Origin: a virus | Taxonomy: Duplodnaviria; Caudoviricetes | Reading direction: 5' to 3' (one strand) | DNA length: 64,000 bases | IMG/VR virus record: IMGVR_UViG_3300047160_004532 | Coordinates: 3,416 to 67,415 of that record | Notes under the pieces: generated by a model | What the model was told of the DNA's origin: nothing | Database searches by the model: none | Seen by the model: the letters and a program-made list of their open reading frames with translations, nothing else | Part shown: piece after piece, positions 8,901-18,294 of the stretch | Numbering within the stretch: position 1 is the first letter of the stretch | Layout of the letters: each line of letters begins with the position of its first letter | Program-made: the position numbers and the translations under genes

Positions 8901-10335
8901 CGCCGCAAGCCCCCTCGCAAACGTATCCGCATCCCTGATGGAGTCCATTCCGGCTGACGTGCTTGGCGAATTCAACGCCGCCGGCGAAGGCGTCGAGGAA
9001 ACTCCATCTTCCGGAGAGACAACGATCGAGACGCCGGAACCGGAGCCAACCGAGGAACCCGTCGCTGAGCCCGAAGTCGAACCGCCGGCACAGGAGGAAC
9101 CCGCCGCCGAGCCCGAAGTCAAGGCCGCTCCAACCGAAGCCGAAGAACTGCCCGAGGGCGTCACAGCAGGCAAGAACCGCAAGGGCGAAGATGGCGTCTT
9201 CGTTGACAAGAAGCGATGGGATTCGACCATCTACGCCAACCACAAGGCGGTCCAGCAAATCTCCGAAATGCTTGGCGAGCCGGCGACCGTCGAGGCGATC
9301 CAACTTCGAGATCGGGCCTATCAGGCGCAGGAACGGCTGTTCTCCGATATCGAGAGCGGTGATCGTGCGAGCCAAGCGAACGTCCTGAACTACCTCTTCG
9401 ACGAGATGCAGTCCGCGCGCGAAACCGGCCGCACCGCATCCGATCCCTCGGTCCCATTCGCGCAGGCCTTCTACGACACGCTCCAGAAGCGTTCGCCTGA
9501 CGGCTATGCCGCAGTCCGGGGGAGCGCCGCGCGTCAACTGCTTCAGGAGATTTTCACCGACGCCGCACGGAGTGGAGACAGGAATTTAATGATCTCTGCC
9601 GGGCGCCTATCGGCGTGGCTGGCCCAAGCGCCAGGGGAGGATGTCGCGGCGATCCGCGCCCTAACCCAGCGCATGAACATTCCCTTTCACCACGTGGACG
9701 AGATGGAAGCTCTCTCCCGTGGGACGAACGATCCGCTGGCGCAAGCCAACGCCCGGATCAAAACCCTGGAAAATCAAATCAACGGTCGTCAAAACACGAA
9801 TCAGACTGAACAGTACGACTCGTGGCGCAATACGACGAACCAGCAGATCACCCAGGCCATCGCCGACGAAGCCATTGAGCCCGCGCTCTCGTCGGTAGCC
9901 GAGGCATGGAAGCCGTTTCCAGACGACTACCAACGTCTCGTAGTCAAACCCCTGAAGGACAAAGTCGATGAGGTGATGTCCTCCGACAAGGCCTTCAAGG
10001 ATCGTGTAGCCACAATCCTCAAGAGTGCCAGCCGCGGAACTGCTCAGTATCGCGACCACATTCGAACGGAACTCACCCGCGCATTCGTCAACCGCGCGAA
10101 GCTCGCCGCCGAGGCGAATCGCCGGCCAATCATCGATTTTGCGAACCAGTCCATCAAGGGCAGAACGGACGCCAACCACGCTCGCCGTCAGGCGGCACAG
10201 ACGCGCTCGGCCCCACAGGGGCAAACAGCCGCCGTACCTCGTTCGCTCGTTCCACCGGGAGCGCTGCCAGCGCCTAAGCCAGGTGAGACTTACGACTCCG
10301 ACGCCGCGTACAAGCTGGCTCTCAGCCTCGTGTAG
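8893..10335 (+). CDS. Capsid scaffolding protein
   Basis: Acidic Pro/Glu-rich N-terminus, helical body, position before capsid gene. Confidence 0.7.
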   Translation: MGDAASPLANVSASLMESIPADVLGEFNAAGEGVEETPSSGETTIETPEPEPTEEPVAEPEVEPPAQEEPAAEPEVKAAPTEAEELPEGVTAGKNRKGEDGVFVDKKRWDSTIYANHKAVQQISEMLGEPATVEAIQLRDRAYQAQERLFSDIESGDRASQANVLNYLFDEMQSARETGRTASDPSVPFAQAFYDTLQKRSPDGYAAVRGSAARQLLQEIFTDAARSGDRNLMISAGRLSAWLAQAPGEDVAAIRALTQRMNIPFHHVDEMEALSRGTNDPLAQANARIKTLENQINGRQNTNQTEQYDSWRNTTNQQITQAIADEAIEPALSSVAEAWKPFPDDYQRLVVKPLKDKVDEVMSSDKAFKDRVATILKSASRGTAQYRDHIRTELTRAFVNRAKLAAEANRRPIIDFANQSIKGRTDANHARRQAAQTRSAPQGQTAAVPRSLVPPGALPAPKPGETYDSDAAYKLALSLV

Positions 10336-10364
10336 GTTCGCTAGATGCGCGAGGAGAATTCCTC

Positions 10365-11639
10365 GTGGCAACCAACACAATCTGGCAACAAAGCGAAGTT
10401 GTCAGAACCAAACTCATCCCCATGTGGATGGAGATGAAGTACGACGTACTCACCGATCTCATCGATAAAGGCGAGGTCGAAACCGTAGGGGAACGCGACT
10501 ACCGCATTCCCTTCCAACAGACGTTCGGCGGCCGCGGCGGACACTACGATCCCCAGGCTGGCGACATGGGACGCGGCAGCAGCCCGACTGGAAACGTCAT
10601 GCTCCAGTCGTACTTCAACTTCCGCCTGAATTTCGAATTCGACAGCCTGCAGATCAAGGCGACGACCTCCCGCAAGGTCGCGCAGCAGAACCCGTTCCTG
10701 AAATGTGTCGCGGACGGCATGGGCGAACTCATGCTGCTCTGGGACAAGATCATTCACGGCAACGGCACGGCCTTCCTCGGAACGTCCATCTCGTTCTCGA
10801 ACTCCTCGGGAGTCACCGTCTACACGATGGACAACCTGTTCGGCGTCCAGCTCCTGCGTCGCGGTCAGTATTACAACGTCTACGACAGCACTGGCACGGT
10901 CCTGAAGTCTGCGGGCACCTTGTACGCCCAACAGATCTTCACGCAGAACCGCACCCTGACCCTCTCCGCGACCGTCCCCAACGCCGCCGCTGGCGACTTG
11001 ATCGCCTTCGAAGGCGTTTCGGGCGCCAACCCCGCCGGACCCCGCGGTCTGAAGTACTGGATCTCGAGCGCCCAGTCCGGCACCACCGCCGGCATCAACC
11101 GCGCCGCGGAAACCCAGATCATCGCCAAGTCCGTCAACGGGCTCAATGGATTGACCACCGAAGCCGTGATGGCGCTCTACCACCAGATCTTGCTGGACCG
11201 CGGCGCCGTCGCCAACAATCTCATCGGCGTCTGTCCGCCCGCCCAGCAAGCCTACGCCTATAGCCAAATGATGGCTATTCAAATGGATTTGATAGACAAG
11301 GCGGAGCAAACGCCTTATGACCGCCTGCCCACTCTCAAGGGCAAGAAAGCCTTCCAGTGGGGCGGAATGCCGCACTATGTCGACATCCACCAGGACCAGA
11401 CGACCGTACCCTACATCAATCCCAAGGAATTCGGAAAGGCTCGCCTCGCGCCCACCGGGTTCTACGAGACGCCCGGCAAGACCGGCCCGGACGCCCGCTT
11501 CATCCAACTGATGGCCGCTTCGGGCGGACCCCAGGCGGCGGTATGGTTCGGCTTGACTAAGGACGAAGACCTGTACAACATCAATCCAGGTGGCCAGGGC
11601 GTTATCGGCAACCTACCATTGAGTTCGTATTACCAGTAG
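10365..11639 (+). CDS. Major capsid protein
   Basis: 424 aa after scaffold; GAGGAG RBS; strongly biased codons; HK97/P22-coat-like layout. Confidence 0.85.
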   Translation: MATNTIWQQSEVVRTKLIPMWMEMKYDVLTDLIDKGEVETVGERDYRIPFQQTFGGRGGHYDPQAGDMGRGSSPTGNVMLQSYFNFRLNFEFDSLQIKATTSRKVAQQNPFLKCVADGMGELMLLWDKIIHGNGTAFLGTSISFSNSSGVTVYTMDNLFGVQLLRRGQYYNVYDSTGTVLKSAGTLYAQQIFTQNRTLTLSATVPNAAAGDLIAFEGVSGANPAGPRGLKYWISSAQSGTTAGINRAAETQIIAKSVNGLNGLTTEAVMALYHQILLDRGAVANNLIGVCPPAQQAYAYSQMMAIQMDLIDKAEQTPYDRLPTLKGKKAFQWGGMPHYVDIHQDQTTVPYINPKEFGKARLAPTGFYETPGKTGPDARFIQLMAASGGPQAAVWFGLTKDEDLYNINPGGQGVIGNLPLSSYYQ

Positions 11640-11659
11640 AATCAACAGCCTACAGATAA

Positions 11660-11932
11660 TGTGCTGCTGGTCATAAATACACGATCGAGAGCCTAAGAAC
11701 GCTCCCGAACGGCATTCGTCAATGTCGTATCTGCGACAAAGAGAGGAAGCAGGCGGCTCGTGACGCCGCCCGCGGGGATCGTCCCAAGTTCAAGAAGACC
11801 AAGCTGGCTACTCGTTGCTGGAGAGGCCATGCCTTAGAGGGAGACAATCTCTACTTCTACGATACGAAATGGGGACAGCAGCGGCGTTGCCGGCGTTGCC
11901 AGGAAATCAGGAACGGCGCGCCGCAGAAGTAG
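11660..11932 (+). pseudogene. Start-less remnant of HNH-associated zinc-finger repeats
   Basis: Frame reads CAAGHKYTIES...RQCRIC and CWRGHALEGDNL...RRCRRC; preceded by in-frame TAA; ATG at 11659 is out of frame. Confidence 0.6.
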
Positions 11933-12003
11933 CCCACTTGCCGGGGTGGTCCGGCTGCATGTCGACCATGTCGCCGGGCTGCGGATCAACGCGGGGATTG
12001 CGC

Positions 12004-12186
12004 TCAGTCCGGGTCATCCACTTCCCCTTCGCCGATCTCGTAGTCGCCGCCAGCCTTGATGTGATCGCAGACCTCGTCCCAGTTCCGGTCGCGGTCGTTC
12101 AGTTCGAGCGCGTTAACAGAGGGGTCGTATGAGCCGCCGATCCACGTCGTCTCGCCACAGATCTTGCAGATGATGGGATATCTCAC
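12004..12186 (-). CDS. Small Cys-containing hypothetical protein
   Basis: GTG start with GGAGG RBS; IICKICG. Confidence 0.6.
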   Translation of the reverse strand: MRYPIICKICGETTWIGGSYDPSVNALELNDRDRNWDEVCDHIKAGGDYEIGEGEVDDPD

Positions 12187-12335
12187 CAGAACCTCCGATC
12201 CCTGACCATTTGCATTGCGTAATCCATGGCCATCCGCCACGTCGGAAATACGCTGAAGCTCCGACCGTCGATAACGGCCCACCTTCGGTGCTCCCCGAGA
12301 TCATCTACGCGGTAGATGCGAATCTTCAAACCCAT
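12183..12335 (-). CDS. 50-aa hypothetical protein (not in ORF track)
   Basis: MGLKIRIYRVDDLGEHRRWAVIDGRSFSVFPTWRMAMDYAMQMVRDRRFW; GTGA overlap with next gene. Confidence 0.5.
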   Translation of the reverse strand: MGLKIRIYRVDDLGEHRRWAVIDGRSFSVFPTWRMAMDYAMQMVRDRRFW

Positions 12336-12592
12336 ATCCCTCTCAGCAATTCCGTCGGTTTGACCTTCAGCGCGGTCGCCGCCTCGTCGATATGATGGAG
12401 TTGGAGCCGGGAGCGGCCGGCCTCGATGTTGTTCAGCGCTTGGCGGGAGATCCCGATCCGCTTGGCGAGGGCGATCTGGGTGATTCCAAGGAAGTGCCGG
12501 GTACGCGCGATCTGAGCGCCCACGCGGACGTAAATTGGCTGAATTGCGAGCGATTCGCGAGGTTTTGGATTTTTGACAATTTGTATCGTCAC
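12326..12592 (-). CDS. XRE-family HTH transcriptional regulator
   Basis: GITQIALAKRIGISRQALNNIEAGR. Confidence 0.9.
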   Translation of the reverse strand: MTIQIVKNPKPRESLAIQPIYVRVGAQIARTRHFLGITQIALAKRIGISRQALNNIEAGRSRLQLHHIDEAATALKVKPTELLRGIWV

Positions 12593-12594
12593 AA

Positions 12595-12623
12595 TTGACA
12601 GATTAACATAAGTGAGGTACAGT
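12595..12623 (+). promoter_or_regulatory. Sigma70-type promoter overlapping a divergent promoter for the XRE gene
   Basis: TTGACA-17 nt-TACAGT; minus strand TGtTAATCT 7 nt before GTG 12592. Confidence 0.75.
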
Positions 12624-12631
12624 TGGGTGGA

Positions 12632-12988
12632 ATGAGCCCGGAATACGTGATGTTTGCGGTGGAGCGGAACCGCGATGAACTACTGGAGGCATACCCTCCG
12701 AATCCCGATACTATCTCAGTCTGGAAGAAGGTATGGCGCGATGCCGTCAACGAGGCGTTTCCGGGGTATGCAATGTTCGCCGACATGGATCGAGCACGTG
12801 CTGAATCCATCGAGTTCGCCGTCGCGCCGCCACGCGTGATCTCGCGGATTCCCGTTAAGTTGCTGAACCCCTGGCCGTGGGAGACTTCCGACCATCTCTA
12901 CTTCACCCAGGCCGCCGGGCGGACCTTCGCGGTGATAGCGCGGACGCTGGACGACGCGCTCTCGCAGACGGAGGCAATGATCCAGTGA
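12632..12988 (+). CDS. Hypothetical protein
   Basis: ATG just after promoter; GTGA-coupled to next gene. Confidence 0.65.
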   Translation: MSPEYVMFAVERNRDELLEAYPPNPDTISVWKKVWRDAVNEAFPGYAMFADMDRARAESIEFAVAPPRVISRIPVKLLNPWPWETSDHLYFTQAAGRTFAVIARTLDDALSQTEAMIQ

Positions 12989-13197
12989 GCGAATCCATCG
13001 ATCATCCGGCGCACTACGGCGGAGATACGCCATATGAGGCAATCAAGGTTATTGAGGCATGGGGGTTGGGGTTTCATCTGGGAAACGCGCTGAAGTATCT
13101 ATCCCGTGCCGACAAGAAGGGTACAGCCATCGAGGATTTGAAGAAGGCACGTTGGTATCTTGACCGCGAGATCAAAAGGCGGGAGGATGCGAAATGA
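12985..13197 (+). CDS. DUF3310-like protein
   Basis: DHPAHY...EAIKVIE...GFHLGNALKYLSRADKKG..EDLKKARWYLDR. Confidence 0.9.
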   Translation: MSESIDHPAHYGGDTPYEAIKVIEAWGLGFHLGNALKYLSRADKKGTAIEDLKKARWYLDREIKRREDAK

Positions 13198-13754
13198 TTC
13201 CTCTCTCCACCCTCAACCGCCGCCTCGGTGAAGCCCTCGGCTTCGTTCTTGGCCTCTCTCAACCGAAGTTCCAATGGAAGGCTACGCAGGATTGCGAGTA
13301 TTTCTTCAAGGGGCCGACCGCCTTGTTCCCTGAGAAGCTCACATGGGCGGATCGCCTCGGGGCCGGCTATGTTCTGACCATCTGGAGGCTGCCGACCGTC
13401 TTCGACGCCGCCAGCAAGAACCTGCGCGTTCTGACCGAGGAAGAATGGAAGCAGATGTTCGGCGGGATGATCCCGTACCCCTCGCGCGGCTGCTACCAGG
13501 CCTACCCGGAGAGCTTCACCCTTGAGGTGACCGCCGAGGCCAACCAGAACTACATCAGGGCGCTGGACCTCCAGATGCAAACCACGCTGGACGATCAGAT
13601 GGACCGGGTCAACCTCAAGGAGGCGCTCGATCGCGCGAAGTGGTGGGACGAGTTCTACGACAAGACGTTCGACATGGCGCCAGCTTTCGGCCAATGGAAG
13701 AGTGGATCGCGCGACGGGCACGTGAGTTTGCCGGCGGTAGCGGGGCAAAGATGA
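13194..13754 (+). CDS. Hypothetical protein, possibly virion-associated
   Basis: 186-aa ORF in ATGA-coupled chain. Confidence 0.7.
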   Translation: MIPLSTLNRRLGEALGFVLGLSQPKFQWKATQDCEYFFKGPTALFPEKLTWADRLGAGYVLTIWRLPTVFDAASKNLRVLTEEEWKQMFGGMIPYPSRGCYQAYPESFTLEVTAEANQNYIRALDLQMQTTLDDQMDRVNLKEALDRAKWWDEFYDKTFDMAPAFGQWKSGSRDGHVSLPAVAGQR

Positions 13755-14038
13755 AGGTGGAAGATTTGGGTATCGCATATCCCCACTGCCGGGATAAGCA
13801 ACGGGAAAATATTGTCGAGATCATCACCGAGGCGGGCGATCAATTCCACCCGAAAAACGGACCGATGGTTACAATCCTCGTCAGCGAAATCGCGAGCATC
13901 CAGCAACCGCTCTCCGAGGAGGATAAAGGGGCATACATCGGCAACGGATACCTGACCCTCAAAAATGGTACGGCATTCTGCATTCGTCATCAGGACTACG
14001 GCGCCCTCCAGAAGCTCATGCGGGAGGCGCACCGATGA
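13751..14038 (+). CDS. Hypothetical protein
   Basis: ATGA overlap at 13751. Confidence 0.6.
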   Translation: MKVEDLGIAYPHCRDKQRENIVEIITEAGDQFHPKNGPMVTILVSEIASIQQPLSEEDKGAYIGNGYLTLKNGTAFCIRHQDYGALQKLMREAHR

Positions 14039-14184
14039 CCTGCCGCTGGAAAGACTGTAACGCCGCTGCCTCCGTCCGCGACGGGCGGCAACTCTGCGAT
14101 GAACACCACGGCGTCTTCGCTGGCATTTTGAAGCACGCGCCGTCGATGGGGTGGGTTTTGATGACTTGGCTGAGGCCGCTATGA
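14035..14184 (+). CDS. 49-aa Cys/His protein (not in ORF track)
   Basis: MTCRWKDC...LCDEHH; ATGA overlaps at both ends. Confidence 0.5.
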   Translation: MTCRWKDCNAAASVRDGRQLCDEHHGVFAGILKHAPSMGWVLMTWLRPL

Positions 14185-14369
14185 TCGGCGTTGTCCTCTT
14201 CATCGCTATGTTTGTCAGTTATCCGCTTCCGGGCGGAGACATTCTCACGCCAGTTACGGCATGGACGGAGAACGGTCGCGTCGAGGTGGGGATCATTGAC
14301 GTCAAGTACGCCGAGCCTTCGAACTTAGAGCTCGTATGGTGGGTGATTCAGATTCCCAACCCGTTGTAA
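14181..14369 (+). CDS. Small protein with hydrophobic N-terminus
   Basis: MIGVVLFIAMFVSYPLP; ATGA overlap. Confidence 0.45.
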   Translation: MIGVVLFIAMFVSYPLPGGDILTPVTAWTENGRVEVGIIDVKYAEPSNLELVWWVIQIPNPL

Positions 14370-14378
14370 GCTAACAGC

Positions 14379-15170
14379 ATGTCCGATGTCTTTAAGGTTG
14401 CAAGCGTTCACTTTGCCCCCCTCCTCCTGAAGCGTCCCGCCTACGGCGGAATTTATGCCATTGACGGCGTGAAACCCGGTGGCCCTCCAGCCATCCTGAA
14501 GGTCGAGAACCGGGTCCAGATTGAGCGCGGCGGATTCACCGATTCGCCCAATCCCCGCACGCGATCCACGCGCCGAGACGTCATCTACGCGGTCGATATC
14601 GCGTTCGACCTCGTGAACGAGTGGACGAATCTGATCGCAGACGGCCGCAAGGATCCTCCGACCTATCCGGGCGTCTGGGTAGTCCGCGACAAAGTGCTGG
14701 CTACCGATGCCGCAGGGGTAGCCATCATCGACGCCGAGAACAAGCAGACCTGGCGCGATGCGACCCGTGAGGAAGCGATGGCAATGTGGAACGAGGATCT
14801 CGAGCGCTGCCGACTGGCCGATTCGAACTACGCCCGCGCAATCTTCGACGCCTGGAACGCTCGAATCGAGCAGCATCCGGACATGGTCAAGACGCTTCCA
14901 AAGGCGGTCCGACTGGCGGCCGAGGCCTACGGCTGGACGGCAGACTGGCTGCGGGACAGCACGATCATCGAAACCAAGGACTGCCAGTTCTGCGGGAAGA
15001 AGGTCCGGAAGCAGGTCATCGTCTGTCCGCAATGCCATCAGGTCATCGACTACGAGGCGTTCGCCAAAGAGCGCGCGAAGCAGGCCGAGGTCAACAAGAA
15101 GCACGGCGTGGTGGATTTTGGGGCGGCGGCGATCGCCGGCGTGACGGAGCGGCCGCCGCAGGCGGCGTAG
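14379..15170 (+). CDS. Hypothetical protein with C-terminal zinc ribbon
   Basis: CQFCG...CPQCH; TAAGCT 6 nt before ATG. Confidence 0.75.
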   Translation: MSDVFKVASVHFAPLLLKRPAYGGIYAIDGVKPGGPPAILKVENRVQIERGGFTDSPNPRTRSTRRDVIYAVDIAFDLVNEWTNLIADGRKDPPTYPGVWVVRDKVLATDAAGVAIIDAENKQTWRDATREEAMAMWNEDLERCRLADSNYARAIFDAWNARIEQHPDMVKTLPKAVRLAAEAYGWTADWLRDSTIIETKDCQFCGKKVRKQVIVCPQCHQVIDYEAFAKERAKQAEVNKKHGVVDFGAAAIAGVTERPPQAA

Positions 15171-15243
15171 GAGGCAGCGATGAAGCAAGAAGTGGGTGCG
15201 TCGTCATCGAACCAGATAACATAGGAGAAAGGAAAAACACAAA

Positions 15244-15456
15244 ATGGCCCCACACCAGGAAAGAGTCGTCAAGGAATTGGAAGAATTGCGGGACAAGCGC
15301 GACAAGTTAAATGCGTTCATCCAATCCAGTCCTATTTTCGATACGTTACCGGATGTGGAAAGGAGTCGATTGCATCACCAACTCTGCATAATGTCCGACT
15401 ACTGCCTCGTTCTAGGCGAGCGGATTGATGCGTTTCCCGCCTCTGTCCCGGCATAG
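15244..15456 (+). CDS. crAss001_48-like small phage protein
   Basis: HQERVVKELEELRDKRDKLNAFI...L..QL..M..Y..VL..RI; AGGAG RBS. Confidence 0.75.
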   Translation: MAPHQERVVKELEELRDKRDKLNAFIQSSPIFDTLPDVERSRLHHQLCIMSDYCLVLGERIDAFPASVPA

Positions 15457-15465
15457 AATGGTTCC

Positions 15466-16485
15466 GTGGCTTACCCATCCAGGGGTTACGTAAAGCAGCA
15501 GGCCCAGAGCATATTAGACGACTATCCGCAAACGTCCACGTCGCCATTCAACGAGAACGTCTTCGCGCCGGCCTTCAATGAGGCGTATGACGTTCTCTAT
15601 CAAGCGATGCTGACTGCCCAGGTTCCGCGCATCGAACTGGAGGTGAACTTCCCGCTTCCGCCAATGACGCTCCAGATCACGCCAGCGGACATGGGAATCA
15701 CCAACTTCGGGGATTACATCTTCCTGCGGGAGCGGCCCTTCGGATCGGACGAAAAGTTCACCGACATCGCAATGGTGGATGTTCTGATCCAGCGCGCGCC
15801 GACGTACAAGCTAATCCAGGCAAACTGGCGCAATAACACGTTTTATTTCACCGGCGCTACGCAGATGATCGAACTACAGATCCGCTACGACACGTCCTCA
15901 GTCGCGCCGATGAAAGACAACGAGCTTGTGGGCGTCGACGGTTCCGGTCCCTTCCTCTACAACTATTGCGTCGGCGTCATGGGCCAGCGCAAGGGCTACG
16001 AGACGACGGCAAATAACTGTATGAACAAGGCGGTTGGCCCAAAGTTCACCTCGGGGACCATGGGAGGCTTGCTCTTTCAGCTCATCCAGCCCCTCGTCCG
16101 AAGCCGACAGAAGGTCCAGGTGGCGCCGCACCCGTACACCGTCACCCGGCGCTATGGAATCTACAGGCAGGTGCCATTTGTTGCTGCACAGCAGGGGACC
16201 ACCGGCGGCGGATCGCAGAACGTCCCGGTCCAGTACTCCAGTGCGCTTGGCTCGATCGTGGGCCAGATCGACGGGATCAACAATCTTTTCTGGATCGTCG
16301 TGGGCGTCACCTCCATGCAGCTATACCGTAACGGAATCCTCCAAACAGTCGGAACCGACTACACGTACGTCTCGAACCAGATAACCTTCCTGCCTGGCAA
16401 ACTGCCCCAGCCGGGCGACGTTCTGACCGCTGACGCCTTCCCGATCTATAGTGGACAAGGCAACTTCGGGTCCGCTGGCATCTAG
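15466..16485 (+). CDS. Head-tail adaptor (tail tubular A-like) with C-terminal beta domain
   Basis: Helical N-terminus then beta insertion; C-terminal GQIDGINNLF...YRNGILQ...PQPGDVLTAD domain. Confidence 0.7.
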   Translation: MAYPSRGYVKQQAQSILDDYPQTSTSPFNENVFAPAFNEAYDVLYQAMLTAQVPRIELEVNFPLPPMTLQITPADMGITNFGDYIFLRERPFGSDEKFTDIAMVDVLIQRAPTYKLIQANWRNNTFYFTGATQMIELQIRYDTSSVAPMKDNELVGVDGSGPFLYNYCVGVMGQRKGYETTANNCMNKAVGPKFTSGTMGGLLFQLIQPLVRSRQKVQVAPHPYTVTRRYGIYRQVPFVAAQQGTTGGGSQNVPVQYSSALGSIVGQIDGINNLFWIVVGVTSMQLYRNGILQTVGTDYTYVSNQITFLPGKLPQPGDVLTADAFPIYSGQGNFGSAGI

Positions 16486-16513
16486 TTCGGATACAATCGT
16501 GTCGAGGTGACAC

Positions 16514-17188
16514 TTGGCACAGTTGCAGCTTTATTCGGGAACGGTTAACCGGATCATCAACGTTTACGTCGTGAACTCAAGCACCGGGGCCGGACTGACC
16601 GGGCTGACCTCTTCGACGGCTGGGCTGACCGCCTACTTCTTTACGAATGCGGCGGGTTCATCGACGGCGATCTCCCTAACGACAATGACCCTCGGGACGT
16701 GGGCGTCCGGTGGATTCGTTGAGGTGGACGCCACGCACATGCCGGGGCTGTACGCTCTCGGGTTGCCCAATGCGATCTTCGCCAACATGGAAGCGACCAT
16801 CATCATGAAGGGCGCGACCAACATGACGGAAACGGTGGTCGAAATAGAGATCACCGCGACGAACAACCAGGACGCGATCCGCGGCGGATTGACCGCCCTG
16901 CCAGCCGGCCCGATGATGTTCAAGAAGAACCAAGCGTTCAATAATTTTGACGTGCTGATGGTTTCGAATGTCGATCACGTGACGCCACTCACGGGCCTGT
17001 CCGTCACTTCCCAGGTCCGAATCGACGGCGCCGGATTCGTCCCTACGACGAACTCAACTGCCGAGGTCAGTAACGGGATCTACAGCCTGAATCTCGCGCA
17101 GGCTGACACCAACGGCAACAAGCTCACGCTGGTCTTCTCGGCCGCCAATGCCGATAGCCGATACGTGGAGATCATCACCCAACCGTGA
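16514..17188 (+). CDS. Virion protein, paralog of 18287-19612
   Basis: Shares GAGLTGLTS..GLTAY, MPG.Y.LG.PNA and NGIY..NLA.ADTNG blocks. Confidence 0.8.
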   Translation: MAQLQLYSGTVNRIINVYVVNSSTGAGLTGLTSSTAGLTAYFFTNAAGSSTAISLTTMTLGTWASGGFVEVDATHMPGLYALGLPNAIFANMEATIIMKGATNMTETVVEIEITATNNQDAIRGGLTALPAGPMMFKKNQAFNNFDVLMVSNVDHVTPLTGLSVTSQVRIDGAGFVPTTNSTAEVSNGIYSLNLAQADTNGNKLTLVFSAANADSRYVEIITQP

Positions 17189-17196
17189 GCGTGTGA

Positions 17197-18294
17197 ATGG
17201 GATACACAAACTACGCGCAGATCACGATCGATCATACGAAAGTTGGAGGGTCGGACCTCACGGACTTCAAACTGCTGGTCTACGGCACATATTCGCAATT
17301 TGCCACCACGGGAAACGGCGGATACGCGACGAGCGCTAGTGGGTTTGACATTATCGCGGCAGCGGACGGTCCCGGAGTCACCACTTACGACTTTGAGCGG
17401 GTTTCGTGGAACGGGACCACCGGAGTATCGGCATTTTGGATTCGAGTTCCGACTCTGTCGCACACGGTCGATACGGTGATCTACATGCCTATCGGAAATT
17501 CTGCGATCACGACGGACCAGCAAAATTCCTCCGGAGTATGGACGGGGGGATCATCCAACGCTTTTGGTGGCGTCTGGCATTTCGCCGAAGGCGGCTCCGG
17601 GGCGGTAACGATAATCGACTCCACGGGAGCAAGCAATGGTTTCTGGAATTCTAACGCCGGGGCGTACACCACGGGAATGACAGCACCCAATGCCGGAAGT
17701 TTTACCGGCTCCAATTCGGCAGATCTAAACGATACCGGATACAGTCCGACGGCTTCGATCAGCTTCGGAGCATGGGTCAAATTAGGCCAGCTCAGTAGCG
17801 TTCAAAGAGTAATCGCCAAATGGGACGGGAGCCACACTTGGCTTCTTGAGGTTGGATCTGGAAATACATGGAATGGGTATGTTAATGCTCCTGGACAGGG
17901 AACGGTTGCGGCATCATCTTCAACCGGGGTAGATCAGACCAATTGGCATAGGACCATCGTTACTTATGATGGCTCCCTTATTCGGCTTTACGTGGATGGT
18001 TCTCAGGTTGCAACCCATGTCCAAACCGGAGCTATATCTACAAATTCCCACGCGATCCTGGCCGGAATCAATGAAGGTCTGACTACCTATCTGAAGGGCA
18101 CGATGCAGGATCTTTTCGTAGTCAGCGGAGTGCTCAGCGCCGACTGGGTAACTGCCGATTACGCGAATTCCAACTCCCCGTCTACGTTTTATTCGATATC
18201 GTTCGCCGCCAACCCTCCAAGCGGGATATTTATAGTCAATCCTGGCATGGACGGGGGGATGCACCCGCAAATGAAGGGAGGAATAAATGGCTAA
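17197..18294 (+). CDS. DUF2341-like plus LamG/ConA-like lectin protein
   Basis: ITIDHTKV..SDLTDF..L, FWIRVPTLS, VWHF; then WHRTIVTYDGSLIRLYVDG. Confidence 0.8.
   Translation: MGYTNYAQITIDHTKVGGSDLTDFKLLVYGTYSQFATTGNGGYATSASGFDIIAAADGPGVTTYDFERVSWNGTTGVSAFWIRVPTLSHTVDTVIYMPIGNSAITTDQQNSSGVWTGGSSNAFGGVWHFAEGGSGAVTIIDSTGASNGFWNSNAGAYTTGMTAPNAGSFTGSNSADLNDTGYSPTASISFGAWVKLGQLSSVQRVIAKWDGSHTWLLEVGSGNTWNGYVNAPGQGTVAASSSTGVDQTNWHRTIVTYDGSLIRLYVDGSQVATHVQTGAISTNSHAILAGINEGLTTYLKGTMQDLFVVSGVLSADWVTADYANSNSPSTFYSISFAANPPSGIFIVNPGMDGGMHPQMKGGING

Noticed and set aside
10341-11507. Long antisense ORFs (also 28890-30173, 8845-9537, 50678-51412)
   Set aside because: Shadow frames of GC-rich, codon-biased genes with no recognisable motifs
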